DNA from: a virus | Lineage: Duplodnaviria; Caudoviricetes | Direction: 5' to 3' (one strand) | Length of the DNA: 64,000 nucleotides | IMG/VR virus record: IMGVR_UViG_3300028800_000094 | Span: 1,204 to 65,203 of that record | Shown here: positions 28,087 to 37,715 of the stretch, one piece after another | How positions within the stretch are numbered: position 1 is the first letter of the stretch | How the letters are laid out: each line of letters begins with the position of its first letter | The notes under the pieces: generated by a model | Seen by the model: only the letters and a program-made list of their open reading frames with translations | Databases searched by the model: none | What the model was told of the DNA's origin: nothing | Made by a program: the position numbers and the translations under genes

Positions 28087-29135
28087 TATTGCGATCCCGA
28101 TGGAACGGCTTGATTAACCGGAGCCGTAGCGTCAAGCTGCAGGCATACAAGGTTAGACGACCATTCCTCGCCACGCGTATCGCCCTCGTGCTCGATCACA
28201 ATTACACGGTAAATTCCGCTCGGCGTGGTGTTGGCGAAATTACGATCAGCAATAGGGGTAACGTTCGGGAACGCCTGCTCCTGTACCTGACTCGTCGTAA
28301 TCAGCTCTTGGTTGATTTGCACTCGGCGCCCGACCTTGATCTTCGGATTAAGTAGACAACGGGCCTGGAGGCCGTCGATCGTAGCCTCGGGGAAATCGAG
28401 AAGACCGGTGCGTGGGTCGAGCTTAACTATCTCATCGGGCAAGTAGCCCGTCTGCTTCACCAGAGTTACCTGACCATTTTCAACGAACCACGTCAGATTC
28501 TGTGATTTGGTAAGACTGCGCATATGATCGCGGTACATACCGAACATCACTTTTCCGCGCGGTAGTATACCGCCCTGCGCCACCAGATCAGTCTGCTGGT
28601 CGGAAATCGTGCCGCCGTACTGAGCGACTTCTTTCGATAGCCTTGCCAGAATATCGGCCGGGCTACTCGCTATCGGATCAAGCGTTGCGTTAATGGTGGC
28701 GTAATTTAGAAACGCATCACCGTCGCCAGCATAGATCTCGAGAAACGTGTCGGTGCCGCTATCGCGGCCGGTGCGGAGCTGGGTGATTGTACCGTCGAAG
28801 ATCTTGCCGTACTGATTGCTGTTTTCGTAGCCGGCCTGCAGCACCACCCTAGTGAATTCGGTTTGGATCAGGCGTACCGTCGACGGCGAAAGATTGAAGA
28901 TGCGAGCCACCAGCGATTTCGGCGTCTGCACGTCCGGTGCGCGAACCGAAAACTGGATGTGCATATTCGAAAGGTCGATGCCGCCGTTTCCGTTTTTTAC
29001 TACCGTCGTCATCGCAAACGGAGAAGTAAGGTCATAGCCAAGCGGTACAAGCGAAGACGCCGGAGGCTTGCCGTAAATAATCAGTGAAATTCGACGCTTA
29101 AATAGCGTCTGTGACGGCGTCGGAGATTCGCTCAT
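28086..29135 (-). CDS. baseplate hub protein
   Basis: IFNLS..T...L.AGY....IF.G.I, DGD and H.GDTRG..W motifs; synteny. Confidence 0.85.
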   Translation of the reverse strand: MSESPTPSQTLFKRRISLIIYGKPPASSLVPLGYDLTSPFAMTTVVKNGNGGIDLSNMHIQFSVRAPDVQTPKSLVARIFNLSPSTVRLIQTEFTRVVLQAGYENSNQYGKIFDGTITQLRTGRDSGTDTFLEIYAGDGDAFLNYATINATLDPIASSPADILARLSKEVAQYGGTISDQQTDLVAQGGILPRGKVMFGMYRDHMRSLTKSQNLTWFVENGQVTLVKQTGYLPDEIVKLDPRTGLLDFPEATIDGLQARCLLNPKIKVGRRVQINQELITTSQVQEQAFPNVTPIADRNFANTTPSGIYRVIVIEHEGDTRGEEWSSNLVCLQLDATAPVNQAVPSGSQ

Positions 29136-29455
29136 GGGTTCGGGGATACAAAGAAAAGATGCCCTGTTGATCCAAGCGTCGTAAAGCTAGGAACGAGCGC
29201 CGGATCGTTATCGCTTTGAACGACCATTGCACCACCGTTTCCGATGCTCAAGTACGCAAGCTGCGCGAGAAGATCCGCGCCCGTAATCAGGGGGATGCCT
29301 AGAGCGATCGGAGTGTCGCCCTGGTCGGCTATGTCCATCATCCAGCATTGCGCTGGAATGCACCACGTCAAGCGTATCGTGTAGGTCGTTCCGTTGAGCG
29401 CGATAGTAAAGGTCTGCGGCGCCGGGATCGTGGGGATTTCGACTACGCTAACCAT
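29132..29455 (-). CDS. small baseplate (plug-like) protein
   Basis: PQTF.I.L.G..Y...GIPLITG.DLL.Q..YL pattern. Confidence 0.8.
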   Translation of the reverse strand: MVSVVEIPTIPAPQTFTIALNGTTYTIRLTWCIPAQCWMMDIADQGDTPIALGIPLITGADLLAQLAYLSIGNGGAMVVQSDNDPALVPSFTTLGSTGHLFFVSPNP

Positions 29456-30183
29456 TACCCACCGAGCCCATGCAAATCGTCGGGAAGAACCGCGTTCAGC
29501 GCCGGGATATTCGCGTTATTACCGGGCGTTGTATTGAGGGCGCCAAGATCCGTTGTCGCCGCGTTGGCGCTTGGATTCTTCATCACCGTAGCGTCGGGAA
29601 CAGTAATGATCGTCGTCTGCGCGAAGATAACCTCTTGAAAGACCGCTGTGATCATCAGCGCGTTTTCGGACTTCTCGTCGGTGGTAAGCCCGAGGCGCTC
29701 CAGCAGCATATTGGTATAGTTGCGCTTCCCAGTAACGAGGGAGACGACCGATCGGTTTACTTGCAGGCCCTGCAGCGTGGTGTAGATATCACGCAGGGCA
29801 TTCCCGTTGCCGAAGTTTGGGACCAGCGAAGATATCGCGCCCAGGAGACCGGGATTCGACGGGCTGTTCGACCACCCCGCGCGAAGCTCCACGGTCGCCG
29901 GCATCTTAAAGGCGTGATCCGTAATAGCCGCCCCCTGTTCAACAGGGTGCTGGGTTATGCGGAGCACATCCTCGTGCTTCTCTTCGATGACGACCTGGGG
30001 ATACAGTACGGTCGACGTCGGGCGCCCAAAGGAATCAATGGCTGGGGTTCCAGACGTATCGGTCGTCTGCCAAAGAATTTGGCGCGGAGGCGAGCCACCC
30101 AGGATGCTATTAAGGAATGCAGCCCCACCGCGTGCGGCGCCCTGAAGCGCAAACGTAGCCGCGAAATTACCGATGCTTGCCAT
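29455..30183 (-). CDS. Dit-like / tail tube initiator protein
   Basis: E.H.D.L.IT.HPVE.GA.ITDHA...P and TGKR.Y.NML motifs. Confidence 0.85.
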   Translation of the reverse strand: MASIGNFAATFALQGAARGGAAFLNSILGGSPPRQILWQTTDTSGTPAIDSFGRPTSTVLYPQVVIEEKHEDVLRITQHPVEQGAAITDHAFKMPATVELRAGWSNSPSNPGLLGAISSLVPNFGNGNALRDIYTTLQGLQVNRSVVSLVTGKRNYTNMLLERLGLTTDEKSENALMITAVFQEVIFAQTTIITVPDATVMKNPSANAATTDLGALNTTPGNNANIPALNAVLPDDLHGLGG

Positions 30184-31922
30184 TACTGCGTGGCCCCGAC
30201 CATACCGCGTGCGATTTCGTCATTAACCCGTTTTTGCTCCTGCAGCACTCGGGTACTGACCGCCTTCGGATCGCCGGTTCCGATCACGTTGACCGTGGTG
30301 CTTTGATTCAGCGTTACGTCCGGTCGACCCTCCTTAATCGCGGCGACAAGCATTTCGTGCGAGTAGGGGTTCTGGCCACGGTTCTCATGCTGAATCATCG
30401 ACCGCGTTAGGGCTTCGGCTACCTTTGGATCGTTAAAATCCAGGTGCTGATCGCGCCCAAACCCGGTCTTCTGAACCAAGTCCCTAATATAACCTTCGAC
30501 CGTGGCGACGCTGTTGCCGGCACCTTTCGCGGGCGCATACGTGTTGATGATTTTTTCAATCGTATCAATACCCCTTGACGCGTACCGGCGAAGCTGCCCC
30601 ACCATTGCGACGATGCCTTTATAGGCGGTGTCGTAGTAGCGCTCGTGGGATACACCATCAGAGTCCGTGTATTGGATATTGCCAGGATTGTTATTCCGAA
30701 TCCCTTTCGCCGGGTTCAGGAGCAGCGGCTCCGAATAAGGTGCGGTCTGCGGGATCGCTAGCTCGACCTTGCTGGGGTTCGGTTTATAAGGGGCCGTGGG
30801 CTCCACAGGCGCGGCCGTGGCAGGCGCTTCGGGGCCGCCGGGGGTGCCAGGGGGCAACTCGGGCTTCGGGGCACCAGAGCGCCTATTTGCCCATTCCAAA
30901 AGGTCGGGAATGTTAGCCGACCAGCCCTGCTTGATTCCGAGCTTGTCGGCGAGCCAGCCCTTCTTGAGCCCCAGGGCTTCATTGGCCTTTTCGCCGGCTG
31001 CTTGATTAAGACCGTGAATGAGGCCGACGTTGGCTGCGGCCCCAGCGAGGGGGAAAATCTTAGCAATGAACCCTAGATAGGGAATCCTCGAAATGGCCCC
31101 CAGCAGCGCAAAGACTCCGCCCAGTGCGACGACCACTTCGGTGGCCATGGCCGGGGTGTTATGCATCTCTTTATTAAAAGCGGCAAACTCGTTAGTGAGA
31201 GCCTGCGTTTTACCAATCATTTTATCGGTAATCGGGAACCAGCCGACGTTCGCCAGATCGGCCAGGGTCTTAAAGCTGGCCTCTAGCGCGTTGATGCTTT
31301 TTGCAAGGTCTTTACCCTTGTTAGAGGCGTCGTCGACGTTGAGCCCGTACTGCTCCTGAATTTTGGCTAGATCCTGCTGGGCCTTGATAAAAGCAGCCGG
31401 GTTATTCATAGCCTGATTGGCGACGTCTGGATTCAGGCCGTAAGTTTCAGACGCTATCCGAAGCGCCAAGGCGCGAGACTTCATTTCAGAAAGTTTGACA
31501 ATGAGGCCGTCGAGCAGCAGCGTTGTGCTAAGGACATTCCCTTTGGCGTCCTTTGTCTGGACGCCCAGAGCCTCTAAATAGCCCAGTTTTTGGGGCTGCT
31601 CGCGTAGAGCGCGCGCGAGATCGGCGACCATATCTGCGCCCTGGCCGGCCTCAAGGCCGATCTGCTTGGCGCCGAAAGCAACTTGCTGAAGGCCCGATGC
31701 CGTGGACCGCGAATTCTGAGCGGCGTAATAGAGGTGCTCGAATTGCCGGGCGGTCTTTTCGACCATAACCTCGACGGCCGTCGCCGTGGCAACGACTGCG
31801 GCGCCTAGCTTGAGCACCGGAACGGTGGTCGAAGCCACCGCCGAATTGAATTTCCGAAAGCTACTCTCGTCGACGTTAAAGCCGAGGGTGACCAGGAATT
31901 CCTTGATGGTCTCGCCGGCCAA
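30183..31922 (-). CDS. tape measure protein with lysozyme-like domain
   Basis: IKEFLV.LGF.VD N-terminus, helical body, GIRNNNPGNI domain; TTG start. Confidence 0.85.
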   Translation of the reverse strand: MAGETIKEFLVTLGFNVDESSFRKFNSAVASTTVPVLKLGAAVVATATAVEVMVEKTARQFEHLYYAAQNSRSTASGLQQVAFGAKQIGLEAGQGADMVADLARALREQPQKLGYLEALGVQTKDAKGNVLSTTLLLDGLIVKLSEMKSRALALRIASETYGLNPDVANQAMNNPAAFIKAQQDLAKIQEQYGLNVDDASNKGKDLAKSINALEASFKTLADLANVGWFPITDKMIGKTQALTNEFAAFNKEMHNTPAMATEVVVALGGVFALLGAISRIPYLGFIAKIFPLAGAAANVGLIHGLNQAAGEKANEALGLKKGWLADKLGIKQGWSANIPDLLEWANRRSGAPKPELPPGTPGGPEAPATAAPVEPTAPYKPNPSKVELAIPQTAPYSEPLLLNPAKGIRNNNPGNIQYTDSDGVSHERYYDTAYKGIVAMVGQLRRYASRGIDTIEKIINTYAPAKGAGNSVATVEGYIRDLVQKTGFGRDQHLDFNDPKVAEALTRSMIQHENRGQNPYSHEMLVAAIKEGRPDVTLNQSTTVNVIGTGDPKAVSTRVLQEQKRVNDEIARGMVGATQ

Positions 31923-32150
31923 TTAAGTCTCCTTTGAGGCTTCGTAGACTCGGCGCTCGTTCTCAGCCACCGCGTCCAGCTCGTCGTTCATTCGAGCGAT
32001 ATCGGCGAGATCAAGCGTACCGTCCGTCAAGCTTTCGTAGCGGCACATGCCGGAGCGCACCGGGCGCAGTACCCAGGAGTGCTTTGTCGAGACCAGCTCG
32101 ACGTTTATTTCGTGGCCTCTCCCGATGAAGTCTCGGGAGGGCCTAAAGTA
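31923..32150 (-). CDS. tail assembly chaperone -1 frameshift extension (gpGT-like)
   Basis: -1 frame after A AAT TTT reads FYFRPSRDF...WVLRPV..GMCRYESL.DGTLDLADIARMND* and has no good start of its own. Confidence 0.8.
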   Translation of the reverse strand, partial: YFRPSRDFIGRGHEINVELVSTKHSWVLRPVRSGMCRYESLTDGTLDLADIARMNDELDAVAENERRVYEASKET

Positions 32151-32566
32151 AAATTTAAGAGCGAAAGCTCGACCACCTTCCAGATAAGCTGGATGATGAT
32201 TCGGAGATCGTTGAGTTCGGTGTACTGCAACACCCCACTCGACGCCATCACCCCCTGCCAGCCCTGGCCGGCCTTGCGCGCGGTATTACGCAGGCAGGTC
32301 TTTATGATCATGTCGCGGGTGTCTTTCGGCATATCCGCGATCGCCCTGAGCAGGGGGGTGAGAGTATCAGTGGCCTTCAGCTTCAAAAGGTCGGCGATCG
32401 TCGTGACTTCGCCGGCCTGCTGCTGGCGCAGCAGGCTGAACACGATGTCGGCGGATCCCGCTACGACCGGAAGCAACGGGAAGGCTACGTCGAATTGTTC
32501 GAAGACGTTGAGCTTCGTTGCCCGGTAGGTCTCGCCTGCCAGCTCGAATTCGATGGTGTCGGTCAT
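32105..32566 (-). CDS. tail assembly chaperone (gpG-like)
   Basis: EFEL.G..YR..KL.VF.QF pattern; lies between tube and tape measure genes. Confidence 0.82.
   Translation of the reverse strand: MTDTIEFELAGETYRATKLNVFEQFDVAFPLLPVVAGSADIVFSLLRQQQAGEVTTIADLLKLKATDTLTPLLRAIADMPKDTRDMIIKTCLRNTARKAGQGWQGVMASSGVLQYTELNDLRIIIQLIWKVVELSLLNFTLGPPETSSGEATK
32114..32156 (-). promoter_or_regulatory. programmed -1 frameshift signal
   Basis: Slippery AAATTTT (32156-32150) followed 6 nt later by hairpin GGCC-CTCCCGA-gacttca-TCGGGAG-a-GGCC. Confidence 0.8.
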
Positions 32567-33021
32567 TACGCCGACGCCAATCCGATACCGAGCAGTTCGT
32601 CGAGCACGCCTTCGAACATCCATTCGTTGAATTTACCGGCCTTGTCGTAGGTCGGGGCGGTGTTGCGGACGAAGGCGGCCTGCGAGAGTGTAATTACGTC
32701 GCCGCGCTGGACGTCGGTGATCACAACCGTATTCTGTCCCCAGTTCGCCGATGACGCCGACTGGAATGCGAAGGCGGCCGAGAGTACGGCGTTGATCGGT
32801 GACGTCTTGAGCAGGCGAATGGTAGCCCGTCCAGGCGCAGCCGCGTGGAGCGTCTGCATCGCAGATCCGTCAGCGCCGAAGGTCATTGTGTTGCGATCTT
32901 CCTTCGGTTCGACCGAAATACCCTCTTCGGTCGGGCCGGAAGATGCGCCGATGGACGTCGCGATGCCGGGGCCAGTGACCGAGGCAACGACGTCCGTGAA
33001 GCTATATGCGCCGAGCGCCAT
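32566..33021 (-). CDS. tail tube protein (DUF3277-like)
   Basis: YSF.DV...EEGI....D.NTMT.GADG...LLKTSP.N. Confidence 0.88.
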   Translation of the reverse strand: MALGAYSFTDVVASVTGPGIATSIGASSGPTEEGISVEPKEDRNTMTFGADGSAMQTLHAAAPGRATIRLLKTSPINAVLSAAFAFQSASSANWGQNTVVITDVQRGDVITLSQAAFVRNTAPTYDKAGKFNEWMFEGVLDELLGIGLASA

Positions 33022-33033
33022 TGTGGTCTCCTG

Positions 33034-34866
33034 TTACTGATTGACTGTGACGTTGATCTGAACGTCGTTGACGGCGCCGGCCTCTTTCGCTGCCACCTGG
33101 AACAGCACCGACTTGCGCGCGGCGCGATCCGAGAGCGCTTGCGAACTGATGGGAGGCTGGTAAATGTAATAGCCCTGTTTGAGGAAATCGCCCTCGGAGA
33201 GCTGACCGAAGCCGCCCGAATTCCAAACACCGGGCGCCAGGAATCCGTTGACGACGCCCTGCTGGCACGAGCCGGCGATCGTGGTGCCGATAAGGTGCAT
33301 GCCGGCGTCGGTCTGCGGGATCTTCGTCCCGGCGGTGTAAAGCAGATTGAACACATCCGTCTGGATGCGATTGCCGAGCCAGTCCGAGTTCCAGACTTCG
33401 TCGATATAATGACCGTCGGCAACGTAACCGTTGACGATGATCGCGGTATCGTTCGCGAACTGCGCGGTGTAATTGTAGCGGTTCGAGTCGAGGTTCGCCG
33501 ACTGGCTCGTGGTGAGGATTTCTGACGCGATGCCCGGAGTCTGCTGCCACTGGAAATTGATCGTCGTATTCGAGCCGTTGTAATTGACCGTAACGCCCCG
33601 GCCGAAGTAAGAGGCCGCCGCATAGGGATCGGTGCTCGAATAGACCGCGAAGGACCGCAGATAGTTCAGATGCTTGAGCTGATACCCGATCGACGTGGTA
33701 TCGTTCGACGTAATCGCGGCGCCCTCATTGGTCGTTACGCCAAACAAGTGCTTTTGTGTCGATGCCTCGACATAGGCTGCGATCGTCAGGGCATAGGCAT
33801 CAGTGAAGTCGACGTTTGCCGTGCCTGCGGCAAACATCACACCGTAAAAAGAAACCATCCCGTCGAGGATAGTGAGCGCGGCCAGGGGGGTCTCTGCCGC
33901 AATACCATTGGCGACATAGGCGCCGGAAGAAGTCGAGAGGCCCGCGAGCATCGCGGAGACGTCGGTACCCGTACCGCCCGAGAGGGTGGCGCCGGAGAGC
34001 GCCGGGTAGGTCGCGGAGTGCGCCAGCGTATAGGCGTTGCCGGCGGTGCCGGTCGCAACCGACGTGATGTATATCTTGGTCCCGACCGACGTATAGGTCA
34101 TCTTGACCAAATTGGCATCGGAGGATGCCGAGAGAAGGGCGAGGGTGGACGCCTGGGTAATCGCGGCCGTCCCACCGATGTTGACTTGGTTCCCGGTCGC
34201 GCCCGAGGCTACGAACGTGACGACCGTACCCTGGATCGTCATAGTGTCGTTTGCGGTCGGCTGGCCGGTAAAGTTGATAAAGCCGGTCGCGCGGGGCGCC
34301 GTCAGGAAGCCCATGGACGACGACGTCCCGGTCGTACCCGACTGGAATTCGAAGTTGCCGGTCGTTGCGTTGAACGTGCAGGTCGCACCGGACGACGCGG
34401 AATTGAGCGCCGTCGCGATAACCGTTGCGACGCCGTTCATATTCGTGATCGCACCGAAGTTCAGGCCGGTAATCGAAGTCGGAACCCCGTCGATCGTAAT
34501 GAAGAACGCACCGGATGTAACGGGCGTCCAGGCTCCCGCGAGGAGGTTCGCGGCGGAGACCGGCCCACCATAGAGCTGGCCCGGCGTCGCCGCTTGAGCC
34601 CAGCGCCCGATATATAGCTGAGTCGGGCTCGGGTTCTGTGCGAAGAAGTCCGTGGCCGCGAGCGTCTCGGGAGCAGTCGTACCGAAGTCGGTCTCGACCG
34701 CCGTCAAGCCGGAATATGACTTGTAGCGCGTCACGACATCGATAACCGCCGAGTCGCCGACGATCATGCAGGAGTTGAGGTTCGTTCCCTGAGCCGCGCT
34801 CGGCGTCAACGTAACGCTAACGCTGATCAGCTTCGAAACGGGAAGCCCTTGAATGGTGCTGGTCAT
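33034..34866 (-). CDS. contractile tail sheath (DUF3383-like)
   Basis: FF.Q.PSP..LYIGRW, KIPQTDAG and R.ARK..AGAV..V.I.V.VN motifs. Confidence 0.9.
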   Translation of the reverse strand: MTSTIQGLPVSKLISVSVTLTPSAAQGTNLNSCMIVGDSAVIDVVTRYKSYSGLTAVETDFGTTAPETLAATDFFAQNPSPTQLYIGRWAQAATPGQLYGGPVSAANLLAGAWTPVTSGAFFITIDGVPTSITGLNFGAITNMNGVATVIATALNSASSGATCTFNATTGNFEFQSGTTGTSSSMGFLTAPRATGFINFTGQPTANDTMTIQGTVVTFVASGATGNQVNIGGTAAITQASTLALLSASSDANLVKMTYTSVGTKIYITSVATGTAGNAYTLAHSATYPALSGATLSGGTGTDVSAMLAGLSTSSGAYVANGIAAETPLAALTILDGMVSFYGVMFAAGTANVDFTDAYALTIAAYVEASTQKHLFGVTTNEGAAITSNDTTSIGYQLKHLNYLRSFAVYSSTDPYAAASYFGRGVTVNYNGSNTTINFQWQQTPGIASEILTTSQSANLDSNRYNYTAQFANDTAIIVNGYVADGHYIDEVWNSDWLGNRIQTDVFNLLYTAGTKIPQTDAGMHLIGTTIAGSCQQGVVNGFLAPGVWNSGGFGQLSEGDFLKQGYYIYQPPISSQALSDRAARKSVLFQVAAKEAGAVNDVQINVTVNQ

Positions 34867-34867
34867 A

Positions 34868-35482
34868 TCATTGACTCACATGGATTGTTTCGGAGATGAT
34901 GTCGGTCGCCGCATTATTGACGTCCAGTTCGATATCGGCCGACTCGACCGAGAGCACCGGATAGTTGCGCACAACGATGCGACGCAGATGAAGCGAGAGA
35001 TCAACGCGGTAAAGCCAGCGCTGTTTAAGCAGGCTCGGCACCGTCACCATTTCGTTGCAGGCGACGAAGGCGAACCCATTCTGCTGCAGCAGCTCAAGGT
35101 TTTGCGGGATGGCCGTCCCATCCCTGAGCAACGAAGACAGCGCATCGGCTTCGCTATTGCCGGTCGCGCCTAGATCATAAAAGCTGCAGAGCACGTGCAG
35201 ATTTTCGTGGCGCTGGAGCTGAGTGCCAAGCTCGTCGCTGATAAACGCCGTGTAGGGATAAACGTCGGATTCGCGCGACGCGATTCCGAAGGCCATCCAG
35301 GCGACTCCAGCGTCCGGGATATTCGGAGGCTCCGGTTGCCAGCGCGGGCGCACCAGCTTGCCGTCCATTCCCGTAATGCCGACCATCCAGCCCTGGAGGA
35401 AGTTTAGGAGGGCCTGACCTTCAAGCGGCGCTGGGGAAGCCGCTGGCCGAAGCGGGCCTCCGGTCGCTGAAGTGTTGCCCAT
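34868..35482 (-). CDS. neck/tail terminator protein
   Basis: GITG.....VRPRWQ..PP..P motif; synteny. Confidence 0.8.
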   Translation of the reverse strand: MGNTSATGGPLRPAASPAPLEGQALLNFLQGWMVGITGMDGKLVRPRWQPEPPNIPDAGVAWMAFGIASRESDVYPYTAFISDELGTQLQRHENLHVLCSFYDLGATGNSEADALSSLLRDGTAIPQNLELLQQNGFAFVACNEMVTVPSLLKQRWLYRVDLSLHLRRIVVRNYPVLSVESADIELDVNNAATDIISETIHVSQ

Positions 35483-35483
35483 C

Positions 35484-35828
35484 TTACTGGCTTAGATCGG
35501 TCGACCACTCAAGGCAGTGGAACTTATCCCCGGTTGTCCCAGAGATATTCCAGGCTGCGGTCGTCAGGGGGAAACCAGGGGGTGGAAAATGCTCGCCGGG
35601 CTCGACTACCCAGCCATCGGCTGTCGCGTCGCCGCCGAGCACATTGATGCGCATGGCATTCGAGCCCTGGTTCTGAAAGACCACGCCAGCGCGATCGGTG
35701 TTCGCCGCGAGAAGGACTTCGCTATCGCCGGTGGTGGCGATAGCGGCCGACGCGGACGACGGCGACTCCTGCCCGGCTACAATGATGAGCTGGGCGACGC
35801 CGTTTCCGTCTTTGACGTAGATCAGCAT
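35484..35828 (-). CDS. hypothetical beta-rich virion protein
   Basis: LLAAN..R....FQN.G beta-sandwich-like pattern, in the neck module. Confidence 0.6.
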   Translation of the reverse strand: MLIYVKDGNGVAQLIIVAGQESPSSASAAIATTGDSEVLLAANTDRAGVVFQNQGSNAMRINVLGGDATADGWVVEPGEHFPPPGFPLTTAAWNISGTTGDKFHCLEWSTDLSQ

Positions 35829-35829
35829 T

Positions 35830-36279
35830 TCATAAGATTCCGATTAAGCCTGATTGTAGCGGGCCTATGAACACAAGCTCGCCGGGCGCGGGGAGATCCG
35901 TCTGGGGCTGCACGTCGATGAAGTCCATCGAGGTTGCTTCGGCCTGGACGAATCCGCGTCCGAATTGCGGGTAAGGATCGACCTTGCTGATAACGAAACG
36001 GTCGCCGGCCCATACTACGATGTCGGGCTGGTAGCCGGGCGCCGGGCCGCGAAGCGCGAATCGCGTCACGATCGTAAGGCTGCGCCCCATCGTCTGCTGG
36101 TCGTCTTTACGGTCCAGATCGTCGGGGGTGGAGTCGGTAACGACGCCGATGGCGGAAAGAGCGAGGGTGGTAATGGAGGCCACTCCATTACTGCCCATCG
36201 TCTGTGTCCGACGCAACACCGGAAACTGCGTCGCCAGTAACGGATCGATCAACACTTCGGCGACGTCGAGCTGGGCCAT
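35830..36279 (-). CDS. head closure / head-tail adaptor
   Basis: LDV.EVL.DP...PDIVVW.G..F....Y..FG.GFV.A pattern. Confidence 0.8.
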   Translation of the reverse strand: MAQLDVAEVLIDPLLATQFPVLRRTQTMGSNGVASITTLALSAIGVVTDSTPDDLDRKDDQQTMGRSLTIVTRFALRGPAPGYQPDIVVWAGDRFVISKVDPYPQFGRGFVQAEATSMDFIDVQPQTDLPAPGELVFIGPLQSGLIGIL

Positions 36280-36344
36280 GGAGTTTGCTTTCGAGGAGCG
36301 CGATCTCGCGCTTCAGACGATTGGCGACGTCGCTGCCTTTGGCT

Positions 36345-36626
36345 TCAACGAGTTGATCCCGAAGCCCGGCAACCGCAGACACGATGGTCCTTCGAACCGC
36401 CCGCGCGCTTCGTCGCTTTCCAGGCATCATTCACACCGAGTTTTTCGCGGCCGACCTTCACAGCTTCAGCACGGCTGGATGCCTCCGAAGCGTCGAATCT
36501 GATATCGCGCTTCGGTGGTATCTTTTCGAATACGTACCACTCGTCGCTTTCGCGCCTAGCGTCCCAGTCTTTCAGGGTGTCTTGAATCAGGCGGCCAGCG
36601 CGGAGGTGGATATGGACTTCGCGCAA
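36345..36626 (-). CDS. small protein with VHIH leader (putative internal head protein)
   Basis: TTG start, MREVHIHL...QD. Confidence 0.65.
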   Translation of the reverse strand: MREVHIHLRAGRLIQDTLKDWDARRESDEWYVFEKIPPKRDIRFDASEASSRAEAVKVGREKLGVNDAWKATKRAGGSKDHRVCGCRASGSTR

Positions 36627-37004
36627 TTACATCCGACCAATCTTGTTAACCGGCTTGCCGCCGAGGATCTGGGGCGTGACGCGAACCGTCGACGCACCGG
36701 ACTCACGTGCGGCGATCTCGGCCTCCATCTTTTTCTTCGTCTCGGGATCCGATTCCTTCTTCACGAATTCCTTTAACTGGACAGTCGTGTAGCCCGGATA
36801 CATCCGGGCATCTTTTGCCTTGTTTCGGTTGAGCCACGCCTGGGCTTCTTCCTTCGAACTGAACCGGCCGCTGATCGGCGTGTCGCTCGATCCCCGAACG
36901 ACGAACCAGCCGCCGAGCATCTTGTTCTGAACGATCCGAACTTCGCCGGCATCGCGCGTCGCGCGTGGGTGGTTATGGACGTGGATATGGACTTCGCGCA
37001 TCAT
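36627..37004 (-). CDS. small protein with VHIHVHNHPRATRD leader (putative internal head protein)
   Basis: Coupled ORF; leader shared with its neighbours. Confidence 0.75.
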   Translation of the reverse strand: MMREVHIHVHNHPRATRDAGEVRIVQNKMLGGWFVVRGSSDTPISGRFSSKEEAQAWLNRNKAKDARMYPGYTTVQLKEFVKKESDPETKKKMEAEIAARESGASTVRVTPQILGGKPVNKIGRM

Positions 37005-37213
37005 TACCCGACTTCAGCTTTCGCCTTGCGCAGTGCTTCAGACGCGTTGTGCGCGATCACGTAAATAGGGCGGTATGCACCGACTCCGCCGTTCAGAATC
37101 CAATGCTCGACCGTCCAGTGACCTGTCTGAGCTTCCTTGGCCTGCCCCCAGCGGTGTGCAATATCCTTAACATCGCGCGTCGCGCGTGGGTGGTTATGGA
37201 CGTGGATATGGAC
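36950..37213. repeat. 43-bp exact direct repeat (36950-36992 and 37171-37213) encoding the shared leader
   Basis: catcgcgcgtcgcgcgtgggtggttatggacgtggatatggac occurs twice; partial copies at 36606-36625 and 42133-42144. Confidence 0.92.
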
Positions 37214-37225
37214 CGCGCGAGCCAT
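37004..37225 (-). CDS. small protein with VHIHVHNHPRATRD leader (putative internal head protein)
   Basis: AAGG RBS before ATG 37225; shared leader. Confidence 0.7.
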   Translation of the reverse strand: MARAVHIHVHNHPRATRDVKDIAHRWGQAKEAQTGHWTVEHWILNGGVGAYRPIYVIAHNASEALRKAKAEVG

Positions 37226-37226
37226 T

Positions 37227-37715
37227 CTATACCTTTCGGATGACGTAATTGACCGCACCCTGCATTTGGGCCGTGTCAACGAGGGTGTTTGTCCGCGTCA
37301 CCCCCCTGCGCTTGCGAGCGGCCAAGGTCTTGGGTGACAGGGGGGGCGGTGTATTGGACCCGATTTTGGCCTTGACCGAGTCGCGGCCCTTTATGCCGGC
37401 CGCGTTCAAAGCCTTTTCTGTGGCCCCAGGCTTACCTTCTAGGGCGTAGCCGGCTGCTTGCTTTAAGTAGCCGGCAATGGGGTCTTTTGCCTCGCGCACG
37501 CCCGGCGCAAGGGTCGGGCGCGCGGGGATATTGACTTCCGGCGCTCCATGCTCGTGGATATAGAGCAGAGCAGCCGAGTTGATCGGATCGCCTTTGCGGT
37601 AATTCTTTTCCTGCGGAATCCCGACCATCACCTTTTGGGAGGCCAGGAGCTTCACGCCTTCAGCTATGCGGGCAAGATGATCAAGGGTTTTAACGACGCC
37701 GGATTTAATAGGCAT
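37227..37715 (-). CDS. neck / tail completion protein (HK97 gp10-like)
   Basis: V.VGIP...IHEHGAP..NIPARP.L...L.DT.Q motifs. Confidence 0.82.
   Translation of the reverse strand: MPIKSGVVKTLDHLARIAEGVKLLASQKVMVGIPQEKNYRKGDPINSAALLYIHEHGAPEVNIPARPTLAPGVREAKDPIAGYLKQAAGYALEGKPGATEKALNAAGIKGRDSVKAKIGSNTPPPLSPKTLAARKRRGVTRTNTLVDTAQMQGAVNYVIRKV

Noticed and set aside
36188-36430. Overlapping ORF with a coiled-coil-like segment (LRDQLVEAK...LESKL)
   Set aside because: Overlaps both neighbours substantially and the start is uncertain (possible GTG after AAGGA); not enough support to call.
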